39,272 nt of DNA from the IMG/VR virus record IMGVR_UViG_3300032272_000001, positions 1 to 39,272 of that record. One strand, written 5' to 3'. The notes below the pieces were generated by a model. The model did no database searches and had not been told where the DNA came from. It saw only the letters and a list, made by a program, of their open reading frames with translations. Below are positions 27,530 to 36,610 of the stretch, in pieces; position 1 is the first letter of the stretch; every line of letters begins with the position of its first letter. The stretch comes from a virus (lineage: Duplodnaviria > Heunggongvirae > Uroviricota > Caudoviricetes). The translations under genes were made by a program, and so were the position numbers.

Positions 27530-28003
27530 ATGAGTAATGGTAGAATTTATTCAGTTCAATTCGATGGAATAGCAGAATCAGCTGTAAACGATGTTTTTGA
27601 AATCACTGCTGCTTCTGACAGAATGGTGGAAATACTGAGTTTCCACATAAGCCAAGTAACGGTTACCGGCGATGCATCCGAAGAATTGTTGCTGGTGCAA
27701 TATAAATCAGGTCAAACAACGTCAGGATCGGGTGGAACTTCAGTAACACCTGTACCACGTCTACTCGATGATGTTGCTGCTGGCACCTCATGTGAGGCCA
27801 CTAACACCACACAAGCAAGTACTGGTACGATCGTGACGCATTGGAGCACATATTGGAATGTCAGAATGCCTCTTGATCTATGGCTACCACCAGAACAAAC
27901 ATTTTGGCTGCGACCTTCACAAAGAGGCACATTTTCGATCGACACTGCTCCAGCTGGAGCGACCACATTCAGCGCGGTTTGCACATTTAGAGAAATCGGA
28001 TAA
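27530..28003 (+). CDS. Putative structural protein (jelly-roll-like)
   Basis: Beta-rich; AAGGA SD; visibly higher GC than its neighbours. Confidence 0.6.
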   Translation: MSNGRIYSVQFDGIAESAVNDVFEITAASDRMVEILSFHISQVTVTGDASEELLLVQYKSGQTTSGSGGTSVTPVPRLLDDVAAGTSCEATNTTQASTGTIVTHWSTYWNVRMPLDLWLPPEQTFWLRPSQRGTFSIDTAPAGATTFSAVCTFREIG

Positions 28004-28008
28004 TTTAA

Positions 28009-29472
28009 ATGTCACGGGGAGTTTTTCGTCACCAATATAGACGATTACAACCAACTCAAAAACCTTATGTAATATTATCTAAATCATTAGATAATGTAAT
28101 AACTGGTTCTGGGTCTATCACTAATGATGATGATAATATTACATCTGTTGGTGATGTGCCTATTGTTGGTGTTAGCGCATTTACCAATGATAGTGATACA
28201 ATATCTTCTGCTGGTGTAGTAGTAATAACTGGTACATCATCCACTTCACAAGATGAAGATACAGTATCTTCTGTTGGCACTATACCAATAACTGGTTCTG
28301 GATCTACCACTAATGATAGTGACACAGTATCTTCTACAGGTATAGTACCAATAACTGGCACATCATCTACTACACAAGATAATGATAATATAACATCTAT
28401 TGGAGATGTTTTAATAACTGGTTCTGGATCTACTACACAAGATGACGACAACATAACATCTATTGGAGATGTTTTAATAACTGGCACATCATCTACTACA
28501 CAAGATGACGACAACATAACATCTATGGGTGGTAGTAGCACTTTTGGCGACGGGGCGTTCACTAATGATAGTGATACAATATCTTCTACTGGTGTAGTAG
28601 TAATAACTGGTTCTGGATCTATTACTAATGATAATGATACAGTGTCTTCTATGGGTGGTAGTAGCAGTTTTGGTATTGGTGTATTAATAAATGATGATGA
28701 TGTTATTTCTTCTACTGGTAATATTTCTGTTGTTGGCACATCATCTACTACACAAGATAATGACGCAGTGTCTTCTACTGGTACTATACCAGTTATTGGC
28801 ACATCATCTACTACACAAGATAATGATAATATAACATCTACTGGCATAGTAGTAATAACTGGTTCTGGATCTATTACTAATGATAATGATACAGTGTCTT
28901 CTATGGGTGGTAGTAGCAGTTTTGGTATTGGTGTATTAATAAATGATGATGATGTTATTTCTTCTGCTGGTGTAGTAGTAATAACTGGTTCTGGATCTAT
29001 CACTAATGATGATGACACAGTATCTTCTACTGGAGATGTTTTAATTGTTGGATCATCTTCTAATATACAAGATGATGATAATGTTTCTTCTACAGGTATA
29101 GTACCAATAACTGGTACATCATCCAATTCACAAGATAATGATAATATAACATCTACTGGCATAGTAGTAATAACTGGTTCTGGATCTATCACTAATGATG
29201 ATGACACTGTAGTGTCATCGGGCTATCAAGGTTTTCTTGGCAATGGCTCTTACATTCAAGATAATAATGTTATATCTAGTAATGGGATATCAATACAAAT
29301 TGATTTTTATAAAAATACACGAAAATTAAATTCGTCATTAATTAGACCACAAGCAAACAAAGCTATAATAAAAAACGCAAGAACAAGCAAATCAAAAATA
29401 ACAAAAATAGCAAACAAAGCTATAATAAAAAACGCAAGAACAAGCAAATCAAAAATAAAGGTTAATGTATAA
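28009..29472 (+). CDS. Acidic repeat fibre/shaft protein
   Basis: 19 x 21-aa repeats flanked by basic termini. Confidence 0.8.
   Translation: MSRGVFRHQYRRLQPTQKPYVILSKSLDNVITGSGSITNDDDNITSVGDVPIVGVSAFTNDSDTISSAGVVVITGTSSTSQDEDTVSSVGTIPITGSGSTTNDSDTVSSTGIVPITGTSSTTQDNDNITSIGDVLITGSGSTTQDDDNITSIGDVLITGTSSTTQDDDNITSMGGSSTFGDGAFTNDSDTISSTGVVVITGSGSITNDNDTVSSMGGSSSFGIGVLINDDDVISSTGNISVVGTSSTTQDNDAVSSTGTIPVIGTSSTTQDNDNITSTGIVVITGSGSITNDNDTVSSMGGSSSFGIGVLINDDDVISSAGVVVITGSGSITNDDDTVSSTGDVLIVGSSSNIQDDDNVSSTGIVPITGTSSNSQDNDNITSTGIVVITGSGSITNDDDTVVSSGYQGFLGNGSYIQDNNVISSNGISIQIDFYKNTRKLNSSLIRPQANKAIIKNARTSKSKITKIANKAIIKNARTSKSKIKVNV
28099..29295 (+). repeat. 63-bp / 21-aa tandem repeat x19 (consensus ITGSGSxT[NQ]DxDxxxSxGxVx)
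   Basis: Counted from the translation; units 9-10 are repeated almost exactly as units 13-14 (252-bp offset). Confidence 0.92.
29352..29458 (+). repeat. Exact 50-bp direct repeat (29352-29401 and 29409-29458) encoding ANKAIIKNARTSKSKI twice
   Basis: Read directly from the sequence; period 57 bp, in frame. Confidence 0.9.
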
Positions 29473-29795
29473 TGACTGTTAGGAATATAACTATAGAAAA
29501 ATCAGCAAATCTTCAAATTGATATAGCTGTAGCAAATACAAATGGCGGTGTAATTGATTTAACGCTTTATTCTGCAAACACTTGTTATAAAAAACATGTT
29601 GGTTCGGCCAATGTTGGTACAATAACAACAACAGGATACGCAAATGGTATTCTTAGACTCGAATTAACTGGTATAGAAACAGCAAATATTGATGTTGGTA
29701 GATATGTATATGAAACATACGTGACTCATACATCATCAAATAATACTTCACGGGTTCAAGAAGGAATCATAACAGTGAATGGGGGTGTGTGTTGA
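29472..29795 (+). CDS. Small structural adaptor protein (BppU-N-like beta fold)
   Basis: IDLTxY...GILRLELT..ETANIDVGRYVYE...RVQEGIITV pattern common in T4-like virion proteins. Confidence 0.6.
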   Translation: MTVRNITIEKSANLQIDIAVANTNGGVIDLTLYSANTCYKKHVGSANVGTITTTGYANGILRLELTGIETANIDVGRYVYETYVTHTSSNNTSRVQEGIITVNGGVC

Positions 29796-30526
29796 TAACA
29801 TTCAAACAATTTCTTCATGAAGCACATGATGCTAAAAATTTTCCAAAGGTCGATCGGGACTGGAAAGTTTATTCATCTTTACCAAAAGAAAAACTAGCCA
29901 AAGTAGCAAAAAAATATAAATTACCTAGAGTAGGAACTAAAGGCAAAATACTAAGAACAATTCTTTCTAAATTGAATGGTAATAGCGAGGTTCGTGGTTA
30001 CTATAACAAAGTAACTCATGTGGATTTCACAAAAATTAAAGCTCGAAATAAAGCAAAATCTTCTTTGGATAAAGGAACTTCATATTCAAAAGATTTAAAA
30101 GAATTGGCATTATTAGATAAAGTTTCTAAAAAAACAAAACCAATAATGAAAAAAATTGGTAGAATAACTGGTATATCACAAAATAATTTTGCAGATACTA
30201 TCAATAAACATATTGGCAGAACATTAAATTCCAGACAACATCATTTACAACGTGTTGCTACATCTCTTATACATAAACAACACCACGTTAAACATCTTCA
30301 TGGTAATGAATACCATCCTTCATTAATGAAGGCAAGCAAAAAATTACATAAAGGAAATGTAGAAGGTGCTCATAAAGAATTGAAAGATGGTTTGGGTGTT
30401 GATGATGAGCATTTAACTAAAGATAATATAAATAGAGCAACATTTCACGCAAAACACGTTGATCATTATAATAAGAGATTATTAACATTAAAGAAAAGAG
30501 CCAATCAAGGTGGTGTTAAAATATGA
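29789..30526 (+). CDS. Putative internal head protein (Lys/His-rich)
   Basis: N-terminus TFKQFLHE resembles the T4 capsid-targeting sequence MKTYQEFIAE. Confidence 0.55.
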   Translation: MLITFKQFLHEAHDAKNFPKVDRDWKVYSSLPKEKLAKVAKKYKLPRVGTKGKILRTILSKLNGNSEVRGYYNKVTHVDFTKIKARNKAKSSLDKGTSYSKDLKELALLDKVSKKTKPIMKKIGRITGISQNNFADTINKHIGRTLNSRQHHLQRVATSLIHKQHHVKHLHGNEYHPSLMKASKKLHKGNVEGAHKELKDGLGVDDEHLTKDNINRATFHAKHVDHYNKRLLTLKKRANQGGVKI

Positions 30527-31056
30527 CAGTTTTAGGAACAGTATTAGATACTAACCCAGATAGCATAAATTTACTATCTCCACTTGTATATAAATTTCAA
30601 ATTAGAAGAACACCTAATTTAAATTTCTTTGTCCAGAACGTAAATCTTCCTGGTATTCATCTTCCTAATGTAAACCAACCAAACCCACTTGTTGGTATAC
30701 CTCATGGTGGTGATCATATAGAATATGATGAATTAATGGTTAACTTTAAAGTTGATGAACAGATGGCAAATTGGCTTGAGATACATAATTGGATACGTGC
30801 AATGGGGTTTCCAAAAAATTCTGAAGAACATGCCTCTCTAACAGAAGCTATAGATATAGATGAAGGTTTGACTAGCGATATTCAGCTTATTATTTGTGAT
30901 AGTCAAAGAAATCCAAATATTGCTGTTACATTCGAAGATTCTTTTCCAATAAGCTTGGCTTCATTAATTTTCGACACCACAATAACAGGAGAGAGCTACT
31001 TAACAGCAGCTGTAACCTTTAGATACGTTAAATATGAAATAGAATTAATTACATAA
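30523..31056 (+). CDS. gp3: Tail completion / tube terminator protein gp3
   Basis: NLLSP..YKF, FFVQNVNLPG, FKVDE...NWLEIHNWI, FPISL; precedes uvsY. Confidence 0.85.
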   Translation: MTVLGTVLDTNPDSINLLSPLVYKFQIRRTPNLNFFVQNVNLPGIHLPNVNQPNPLVGIPHGGDHIEYDELMVNFKVDEQMANWLEIHNWIRAMGFPKNSEEHASLTEAIDIDEGLTSDIQLIICDSQRNPNIAVTFEDSFPISLASLIFDTTITGESYLTAAVTFRYVKYEIELIT

Positions 31057-31064
31057 GGATTATT

Positions 31065-31493
31065 ATGAATACAAATGATGTTATATGTTCTTGGGTGGAA
31101 GATTCACCAATAAATTCTCTTGATCTTGGGCAATCTGCAATGGATATACATAAACTTCATGCCAAGTATATAAATATGTGGAGTAATGCAAAAAGAGATT
31201 TATTTAATGCAAGAGCAAAATTAAAACAATTAAAATTCGACAAGAAAGAATTTTTACTAAACCCAACAAAAAAACAAATGGATCTTGGTTGGGAAATACC
31301 CGACCGTAAAGTAATAAAAACAGAAATTAATGATTACTTATTGGGTGATCCACATATACAAAAAATGGAAGCATTAGTAGCAGAATGTGAAAATTCTTAT
31401 GAAATGCTACAAGATATTTTAAAACAAATTACTAATAGGAATTGGCTCATACAATCAGCAATACGTGATAGAGCCTTTTTAAATGGAGATTAA
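31065..31493 (+). CDS. uvsY: Recombination mediator UvsY
   Basis: IHKLHAKY, K..INDYLLGD, LKQITNRNWLIQSAI...FLNG. Confidence 0.85.
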   Translation: MNTNDVICSWVEDSPINSLDLGQSAMDIHKLHAKYINMWSNAKRDLFNARAKLKQLKFDKKEFLLNPTKKQMDLGWEIPDRKVIKTEINDYLLGDPHIQKMEALVAECENSYEMLQDILKQITNRNWLIQSAIRDRAFLNGD

Positions 31494-31764
31494 AATGGAA
31501 TCGAAATACATTCAACAAGCAGAATTTATGATTTCTCGTGGTTACGTCGATCAAAAAAATACTGTAAACCAAATTGCAGAAAAACTAAGAGCAATCGATC
31601 TACAAAATATTAAACCAAAAAATGATGTAATGACAGCAGAATCTGTTTATGGGAAAGAACATGCACCATTAATCAAAAAAAAGACAGAATTAATGGCAGA
31701 CGAACAAAAAAGTATGATTTCTCCTGGGGAGCGCGAAGCAGCGTTTATTAAAAATAAACAGTGA
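31483..31764 (+). CDS. Hypothetical protein (likely start ATG 31495)
   Basis: ORF between uvsY and uvsW; GGAG SD before the second Met. Confidence 0.65.
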   Translation: MEIKMESKYIQQAEFMISRGYVDQKNTVNQIAEKLRAIDLQNIKPKNDVMTAESVYGKEHAPLIKKKTELMADEQKSMISPGEREAAFIKNKQ

Positions 31765-33242
31765 GTAAGCTTTATATAACTACTCAATCAGAAACATATT
31801 TACATGTAGTCGCTGACGACACTGGAGTTGAAAGAGAACTATCTGATAAATTTGAATTCTTTTATCCAGGATACCAATACACACCATCATTTAAAAAGGG
31901 TTTTTGGTCTGGTAAAATAAAAATGTATAATATGAGAACAAAACTCATATATAGAGGATTACTACCCAGAATTCTAAAATTCGCCAAAGAAAACAAATAT
32001 AAGGTGAGTTTAGATAAAAATGCATATCAACCAAATGCAGTAACTATAGAAGAATTACAAAAATTCATTAAAACATTAAATTTGCCTCTTGATATTATAC
32101 CAAGAGATTATCAACTTAAAACCATTCTTGAGTGTATCAATAAGAAAAGATTGACGGTTTTATCTGCAACATCAAGTGGAAAATCGTTGATAATCTATAT
32201 TGTTGCTAAATTTTTGAAACAAAAAACACTGATCATCGTACCAACAAAAACACTGGTACATCAGATGATTGGAGATTTTAAAGATTATAATTGTACAGAT
32301 GACATACATAGTATATACTCAGGAAAAGATAAAACTACAAATTTATTGTTATCTGTTACCACATGGCAGAGTCTTGTAAGAATGCCAAAAGAATGGTTCG
32401 ATCAATTTAATTGTGTGATAGTAGATGAGACTCATCAGGCAAAAGCAGCATCAATAACAAAGATTCTAGAAAAATTAGATGAATGTGAATATAGATTTGG
32501 CACTACAGGAACGCTTGATGGTGAAAAGACACATAGATTTATAATTGAAGGTCTTCTTGGATCTGTATATAGAATTGTTACAGCAAAACAATTAATGGAA
32601 GATGGAATACTTGCTGATCTTACCATACATGCAAAAATACTCAGACATCCAAATGATATTAAAAATATCAGTAAACATTGGGATTACAAAAAAGAAATAG
32701 ATTATCTGATTTCTTGTCAAGAACGAAATCAATATATAGTTGATTTAGTATTAAGCAAAAAAGGAAATAATCTCGTAGTTTTCAATTTTGTTGAGAAACA
32801 TGGTGATATATTACATAAAATGTTTCAAGAACAAACTGATAGACCTATATACTATATACATGGTGGTATAGATGCAACTATTAGAGATGATATGAGAATG
32901 CTAATAGAAAAAGAATCTGATGCTATCATCATAGCTGGTCTTAAAGCATTTGCTACAGGAACAAACATAAAACGTCTGGATAACATATATTTTGCTCATC
33001 CATCTAAATCAAGGATAACAACCTTACAAGCTATTGGTCGTGTTCTTAGAACCGCTAAGAATAAAATATCAGCTTGTTTATATGATATAGCAGATGATCT
33101 TAAGCCTAAAAATAAGGGAAGAATGAATTTTACTATGAGACATTTTATTGAACGTCTCAAGATATATAAATCAGAAAGATTTCATTACGATCTAGATGAA
33201 GTAGAATTGGAGAACTATATTGAAAGATCAAAAAAAGATTGA
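31761..33242 (+). CDS. uvsW: SF2 DNA helicase UvsW
   Basis: PRDYQ, ATSSGKS, VDETH, GTTGT, QAIGRVLR. Confidence 0.95.
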   Translation: MSKLYITTQSETYLHVVADDTGVERELSDKFEFFYPGYQYTPSFKKGFWSGKIKMYNMRTKLIYRGLLPRILKFAKENKYKVSLDKNAYQPNAVTIEELQKFIKTLNLPLDIIPRDYQLKTILECINKKRLTVLSATSSGKSLIIYIVAKFLKQKTLIIVPTKTLVHQMIGDFKDYNCTDDIHSIYSGKDKTTNLLLSVTTWQSLVRMPKEWFDQFNCVIVDETHQAKAASITKILEKLDECEYRFGTTGTLDGEKTHRFIIEGLLGSVYRIVTAKQLMEDGILADLTIHAKILRHPNDIKNISKHWDYKKEIDYLISCQERNQYIVDLVLSKKGNNLVVFNFVEKHGDILHKMFQEQTDRPIYYIHGGIDATIRDDMRMLIEKESDAIIIAGLKAFATGTNIKRLDNIYFAHPSKSRITTLQAIGRVLRTAKNKISACLYDIADDLKPKNKGRMNFTMRHFIERLKIYKSERFHYDLDEVELENYIERSKKD

Positions 33243-33648
33243 TCCTATTAATGATAATAATTTAAAACATATTAAATTGAGTTGTGGAGATGACTTATTT
33301 GGATATGTGTTACCAACAAAAGAAGATGGTATTGATGTTTTAAAACCTATGCATATTATAGATGTGTCAGATGAAATGCATACTGGATCTATCTTATCTA
33401 GATTTATGCCATTCTGTAATGATGAAGATAATAAAATATTTTTATCTTCTTTTCATATTCTTGCTATTACTTCTATTTCAGAAGAAGTAATTAATTTTTA
33501 TAAGCTATCATCACATCTATGTGATTCTCAACAAGAACAATATTTTAAGAATCTTTCATCTTCTAATGATAAATTATCTAAAGCAATCTCTTTAGATATG
33601 AATCAAGATAATTTGATTAATAGTCCTTATAGTACATCTTATCAGTAA
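33220..33648 (+). CDS. Hypothetical protein (Sm-like N-terminus), typical of the position after uvsW
   Basis: IKLSCGDDLFG...VLKPM pattern; synteny. Confidence 0.55.
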   Translation: MKDQKKIDPINDNNLKHIKLSCGDDLFGYVLPTKEDGIDVLKPMHIIDVSDEMHTGSILSRFMPFCNDEDNKIFLSSFHILAITSISEEVINFYKLSSHLCDSQQEQYFKNLSSSNDKLSKAISLDMNQDNLINSPYSTSYQ

Positions 33649-33772
33649 TATAATAGCCTCCACCATAAGGTATCAATTAGTCAGTGTACCTATATATAAT
33701 CTATATATCAAAGGGGGAGTATAGGGTATCTAAAGATATAGAAAGGCTGCTTGCTGCTGACTGCGTTAGCAG

Positions 33773-33800
33773 ATTATACAAAGGAAAAAATGTTTGTCAA
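33773..33800 (-). promoter_or_regulatory. Leftward sigma70 promoter with no downstream minus-strand gene
   Basis: Minus strand TTGACA-N16-TATAAT. Confidence 0.65.
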
Positions 33801-33833
33801 GTCTTTTTTTCACTTTTTTACAATTATTTTCAC

Positions 33834-33861
33834 TTGACAACAAAAAAATACCATGTATAGT
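33834..33861 (+). promoter_or_regulatory. Rightward sigma70 promoter for the gp55-47-46 operon
   Basis: TTGACA-N16-TATAGT. Confidence 0.7.
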
Positions 33862-33892
33862 GTCCTATTACTCAATTTTGGAGATAAGATAC

Positions 33893-34138
33893 ATGTTTTT
33901 ATTGGAATTTACTGAAAATGATGGTGAACCATTTATAGATATGGTGTCTGAACACTGTCCACCAATTGGATCAAAAATCTACATGAGAGACCATAAAGAC
34001 AGCTCATTTGAACCATTCATGGCCACTGTCATTGATACTATATGGTGTTTTGATGTAGGTGTAGAACCTAGAATAGATTATGGATATCCACCAACACCAG
34101 TATCAGTCTATATAGAACGTTTTCATAAGGAAATTTGA
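33893..34138 (+). CDS. Hypothetical protein, 81 aa (start revised to ATG 33893)
   Basis: GGAG SD precedes 33893; the longer ORF-track call runs through the promoters. Confidence 0.65.
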   Translation: MFLLEFTENDGEPFIDMVSEHCPPIGSKIYMRDHKDSSFEPFMATVIDTIWCFDVGVEPRIDYGYPPTPVSVYIERFHKEI

Positions 34139-34139
34139 T

Positions 34140-34352
34140 ATGCGTGTGAAAGTAAACACATTGCCTGGTTTAGTTGAAGAACCATTTCATGTCACTGCAT
34201 CACGTAATGCAGATGGATCATATACATGTACTATTGAAGAAACTGGTTTAGAAATAGGAACAATTCATCGTGATGGTAAATATTGGCGAGATAATAATTT
34301 ATTCATTAGACACAAAACATTGCGAGATGCTATGAAAGTTATTGGAGTTTGA
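34140..34352 (+). CDS. Hypothetical protein
   Basis: 70 aa, TAAGGA SD. Confidence 0.7.
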   Translation: MRVKVNTLPGLVEEPFHVTASRNADGSYTCTIEETGLEIGTIHRDGKYWRDNNLFIRHKTLRDAMKVIGV

Positions 34353-34365
34353 TTAAGGATTATAT

Positions 34366-34908
34366 ATGGCGATAAACTACGTAGACAATAACAAAATGTA
34401 TGCTGTAATATGCGAATATTTAGATGCGTGTAATGTGGCCGAAGAAAAAGGCGAAGAAATACCAAGAATTCCAGAATATTTAGGAAAGTGTTTTATTGAT
34501 ATTGCTAATGGTTATGCCAAAAAACCAAGATTTTGTATGTATGCTTTTGTTGAAGACATGAAAGCTGATGCTATAATTAATTGTGTAAAATACATAAGAA
34601 CATTCAAACCAGAAAAAACAAAAAATCCATTTTCTTATTTTACGGCAGCAGCACATAATGCATTTCTTCAAAGAGTTGAAACTGAAAGAGACAGTCTTTG
34701 TGCGAGATATTATACATATCAAAATTTACAAATTGAAGAACAGATGAATGGTGAACATGGTGTGTGTCCAGAAGAGCTTAATGAAATAAGTAATGATTTC
34801 ATTAAGAATCATGAAAAAATGAAACAAGAACGTAAAGAACGGGCCAAGGCAAAAATGGCTGAAAAGAAAGCCAATGAATTAAGCAAATTTTATGATGGAG
34901 ATGAATAA
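34366..34908 (+). CDS. gp55: Late-transcription sigma factor gp55
   Basis: NYVDN, YLGKCFIDIA, EDMKADAIINC, NPFSYFT...NAFLQR. Confidence 0.95.
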   Translation: MAINYVDNNKMYAVICEYLDACNVAEEKGEEIPRIPEYLGKCFIDIANGYAKKPRFCMYAFVEDMKADAIINCVKYIRTFKPEKTKNPFSYFTAAAHNAFLQRVETERDSLCARYYTYQNLQIEEQMNGEHGVCPEELNEISNDFIKNHEKMKQERKERAKAKMAEKKANELSKFYDGDE

Positions 34909-35108
34909 TGAAATATTATAAGACGAATAGTGTTAATAAAACAATAATCAGTTTAGTTGATATTCATTCAATTTTTGGTGGTGATAATCAACATACATTG
35001 CGTGTTGGATATTGTTTCGGGGCGCATAATATACATCTTACATATAATTCCATTAAAGATAGAGATAACGACCTAGATTTAATTTATCAACAACTCAAAA
35101 AACAATAA
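34908..35108 (+). CDS. Hypothetical protein
   Basis: 66 aa, coupled to the gp55 stop. Confidence 0.6.
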   Translation: MKYYKTNSVNKTIISLVDIHSIFGGDNQHTLRVGYCFGAHNIHLTYNSIKDRDNDLDLIYQQLKKQ

Positions 35109-35130
35109 TATAATACGGAGATTTTATATT

Positions 35131-36171
35131 ATGAAGGTTGCAGTAATAGCTGATACTCATTTCGGTGCAAGAAATGATAATAGAATAATTCAAGAACACC
35201 AATTTAAGTTTTTCGAGAAAGTGTTCTTTCCTGTAATAGATAAACTTAATATAAAACACCTTTTACATCTAGGTGATTTGTTCGATAAAAGACAATCTAT
35301 AGATATTTTAACTCTTAAAAATGTAAGAGAAAATTTTCTTGAACCTTTAAGAGATCGTTCTGTCATGATGGATGTGATCTGTGGCAATCACGATACTTAT
35401 TACAAAACAACAAATGATGTGAATACACTTGAAGAAGTATTAAATGATTATGGTGTATCTGTAATAACCCAACCACAAATAAGACAATTAGGTAAATTTG
35501 GTGTATTATATATTCCATGGATATCTACAAATAATGTAGAAAATACTATGCATGTTATAAAACAATCAAACGCAAAATATGTTTTTGGTCATTTAGAACT
35601 ACAAGGATTTGAACACCATTTAGGCCATATGGCAACAAAAGGTCTTGATAAATCTATTTTTAAGAAATTTGATGGTGTTTGGTCTGGTCATTATCACCAA
35701 AGATCATCCCAAGGAAATATAGAATATTTGGGTGCTCCATATGAAATGACGTGGAGTGATGCGGGATGTTTAAGGGGATTTGGTATTTTTGATACTACTT
35801 CTGGCGTAATGACACACATAAAAAATCCATTGACATTATTTGAGAAAATATCATACTCTGATGAGAATGATGATTTTGAATGCAACAAGTCTTTTAAGGA
35901 TAAATTTGTTAGAATAAAAGTTCTGCATAAAAAGGATGTTGCTAAATTTGATCGTTTCCGTGATGATGTAGAAAAACAAAATCCAGCAGATTTGATTATA
36001 GATGACATATCATTGGAAATTAATGATATTGAATTAAATCTTGATGCTGAAAATCAAGATACTATTTCTATACTGAAGACAGAAGTGGATTTATTAGATA
36101 TAGAAAATAAACAAAAAATTCATGATATTATTATTGATCTTTATGTTGAAGCATCTGATATGAAGGTATAA
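35131..36171 (+). CDS. gp47: Recombination nuclease gp47 (Mre11/SbcD-like)
   Basis: DTHFG, LGDLFD, GNHD, GHLE, SGHYH. Confidence 0.95.
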   Translation: MKVAVIADTHFGARNDNRIIQEHQFKFFEKVFFPVIDKLNIKHLLHLGDLFDKRQSIDILTLKNVRENFLEPLRDRSVMMDVICGNHDTYYKTTNDVNTLEEVLNDYGVSVITQPQIRQLGKFGVLYIPWISTNNVENTMHVIKQSNAKYVFGHLELQGFEHHLGHMATKGLDKSIFKKFDGVWSGHYHQRSSQGNIEYLGAPYEMTWSDAGCLRGFGIFDTTSGVMTHIKNPLTLFEKISYSDENDDFECNKSFKDKFVRIKVLHKKDVAKFDRFRDDVEKQNPADLIIDDISLEINDIELNLDAENQDTISILKTEVDLLDIENKQKIHDIIIDLYVEASDMKV

Positions 36172-36172
36172 T

Positions 36173-36610
36173 ATGAAAAAAATTAACGGCAAATGTAGAT
36201 TATGTAAAGACAAAAAAAGAATTTCTTTGAAAGTTCCTACAATGGAAACTTTTGATGGTATTGAATTTGAAATAAAAAAACCAGTTCAATATGATTGTCC
36301 TGAGTGTATATCTAAACTGACATATGAACCAACACATATTGTTGTGAATAATTATGAAGAAGTAGAGTTTAACTTCGCGCATACAATAACTGATGCAAAC
36401 TTTGTTGTTAGTAACAACGATTTTCTTCAATATATTGAAGAAAAATTTGCGTATGAACTTGGAAAAAGTCTTGTACCTTATGCGAAATATAGAGGGGAAT
36501 ATGATATATCATATGATCAATATACAGTATACTGTAGTATTAAAACTAAAAAGTTTACTGATACAAGCAGCTTAAATGAATTTAAAAATAATTTTAAAAT
36601 AGGTGTTTAA
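36173..36610 (+). CDS. Hypothetical protein with an N-terminal zinc-binding motif
   Basis: CRLC...CPEC; inserted between gp47 and gp46. Confidence 0.65.
   Translation: MKKINGKCRLCKDKKRISLKVPTMETFDGIEFEIKKPVQYDCPECISKLTYEPTHIVVNNYEEVEFNFAHTITDANFVVSNNDFLQYIEEKFAYELGKSLVPYAKYRGEYDISYDQYTVYCSIKTKKFTDTSSLNEFKNNFKIGV

Noticed and set aside
28065-29207. 380-aa antisense ORF
   Set aside because: Shadow of the repetitive plus-strand gene, whose codon pattern avoids stops on the reverse strand
28099-29458. Possible CRISPR array or DGR template/variable repeat pair
   Set aside because: Repeats are in-frame coding units without unique spacers or adenine-specific differences; no cas or reverse transcriptase gene in the window
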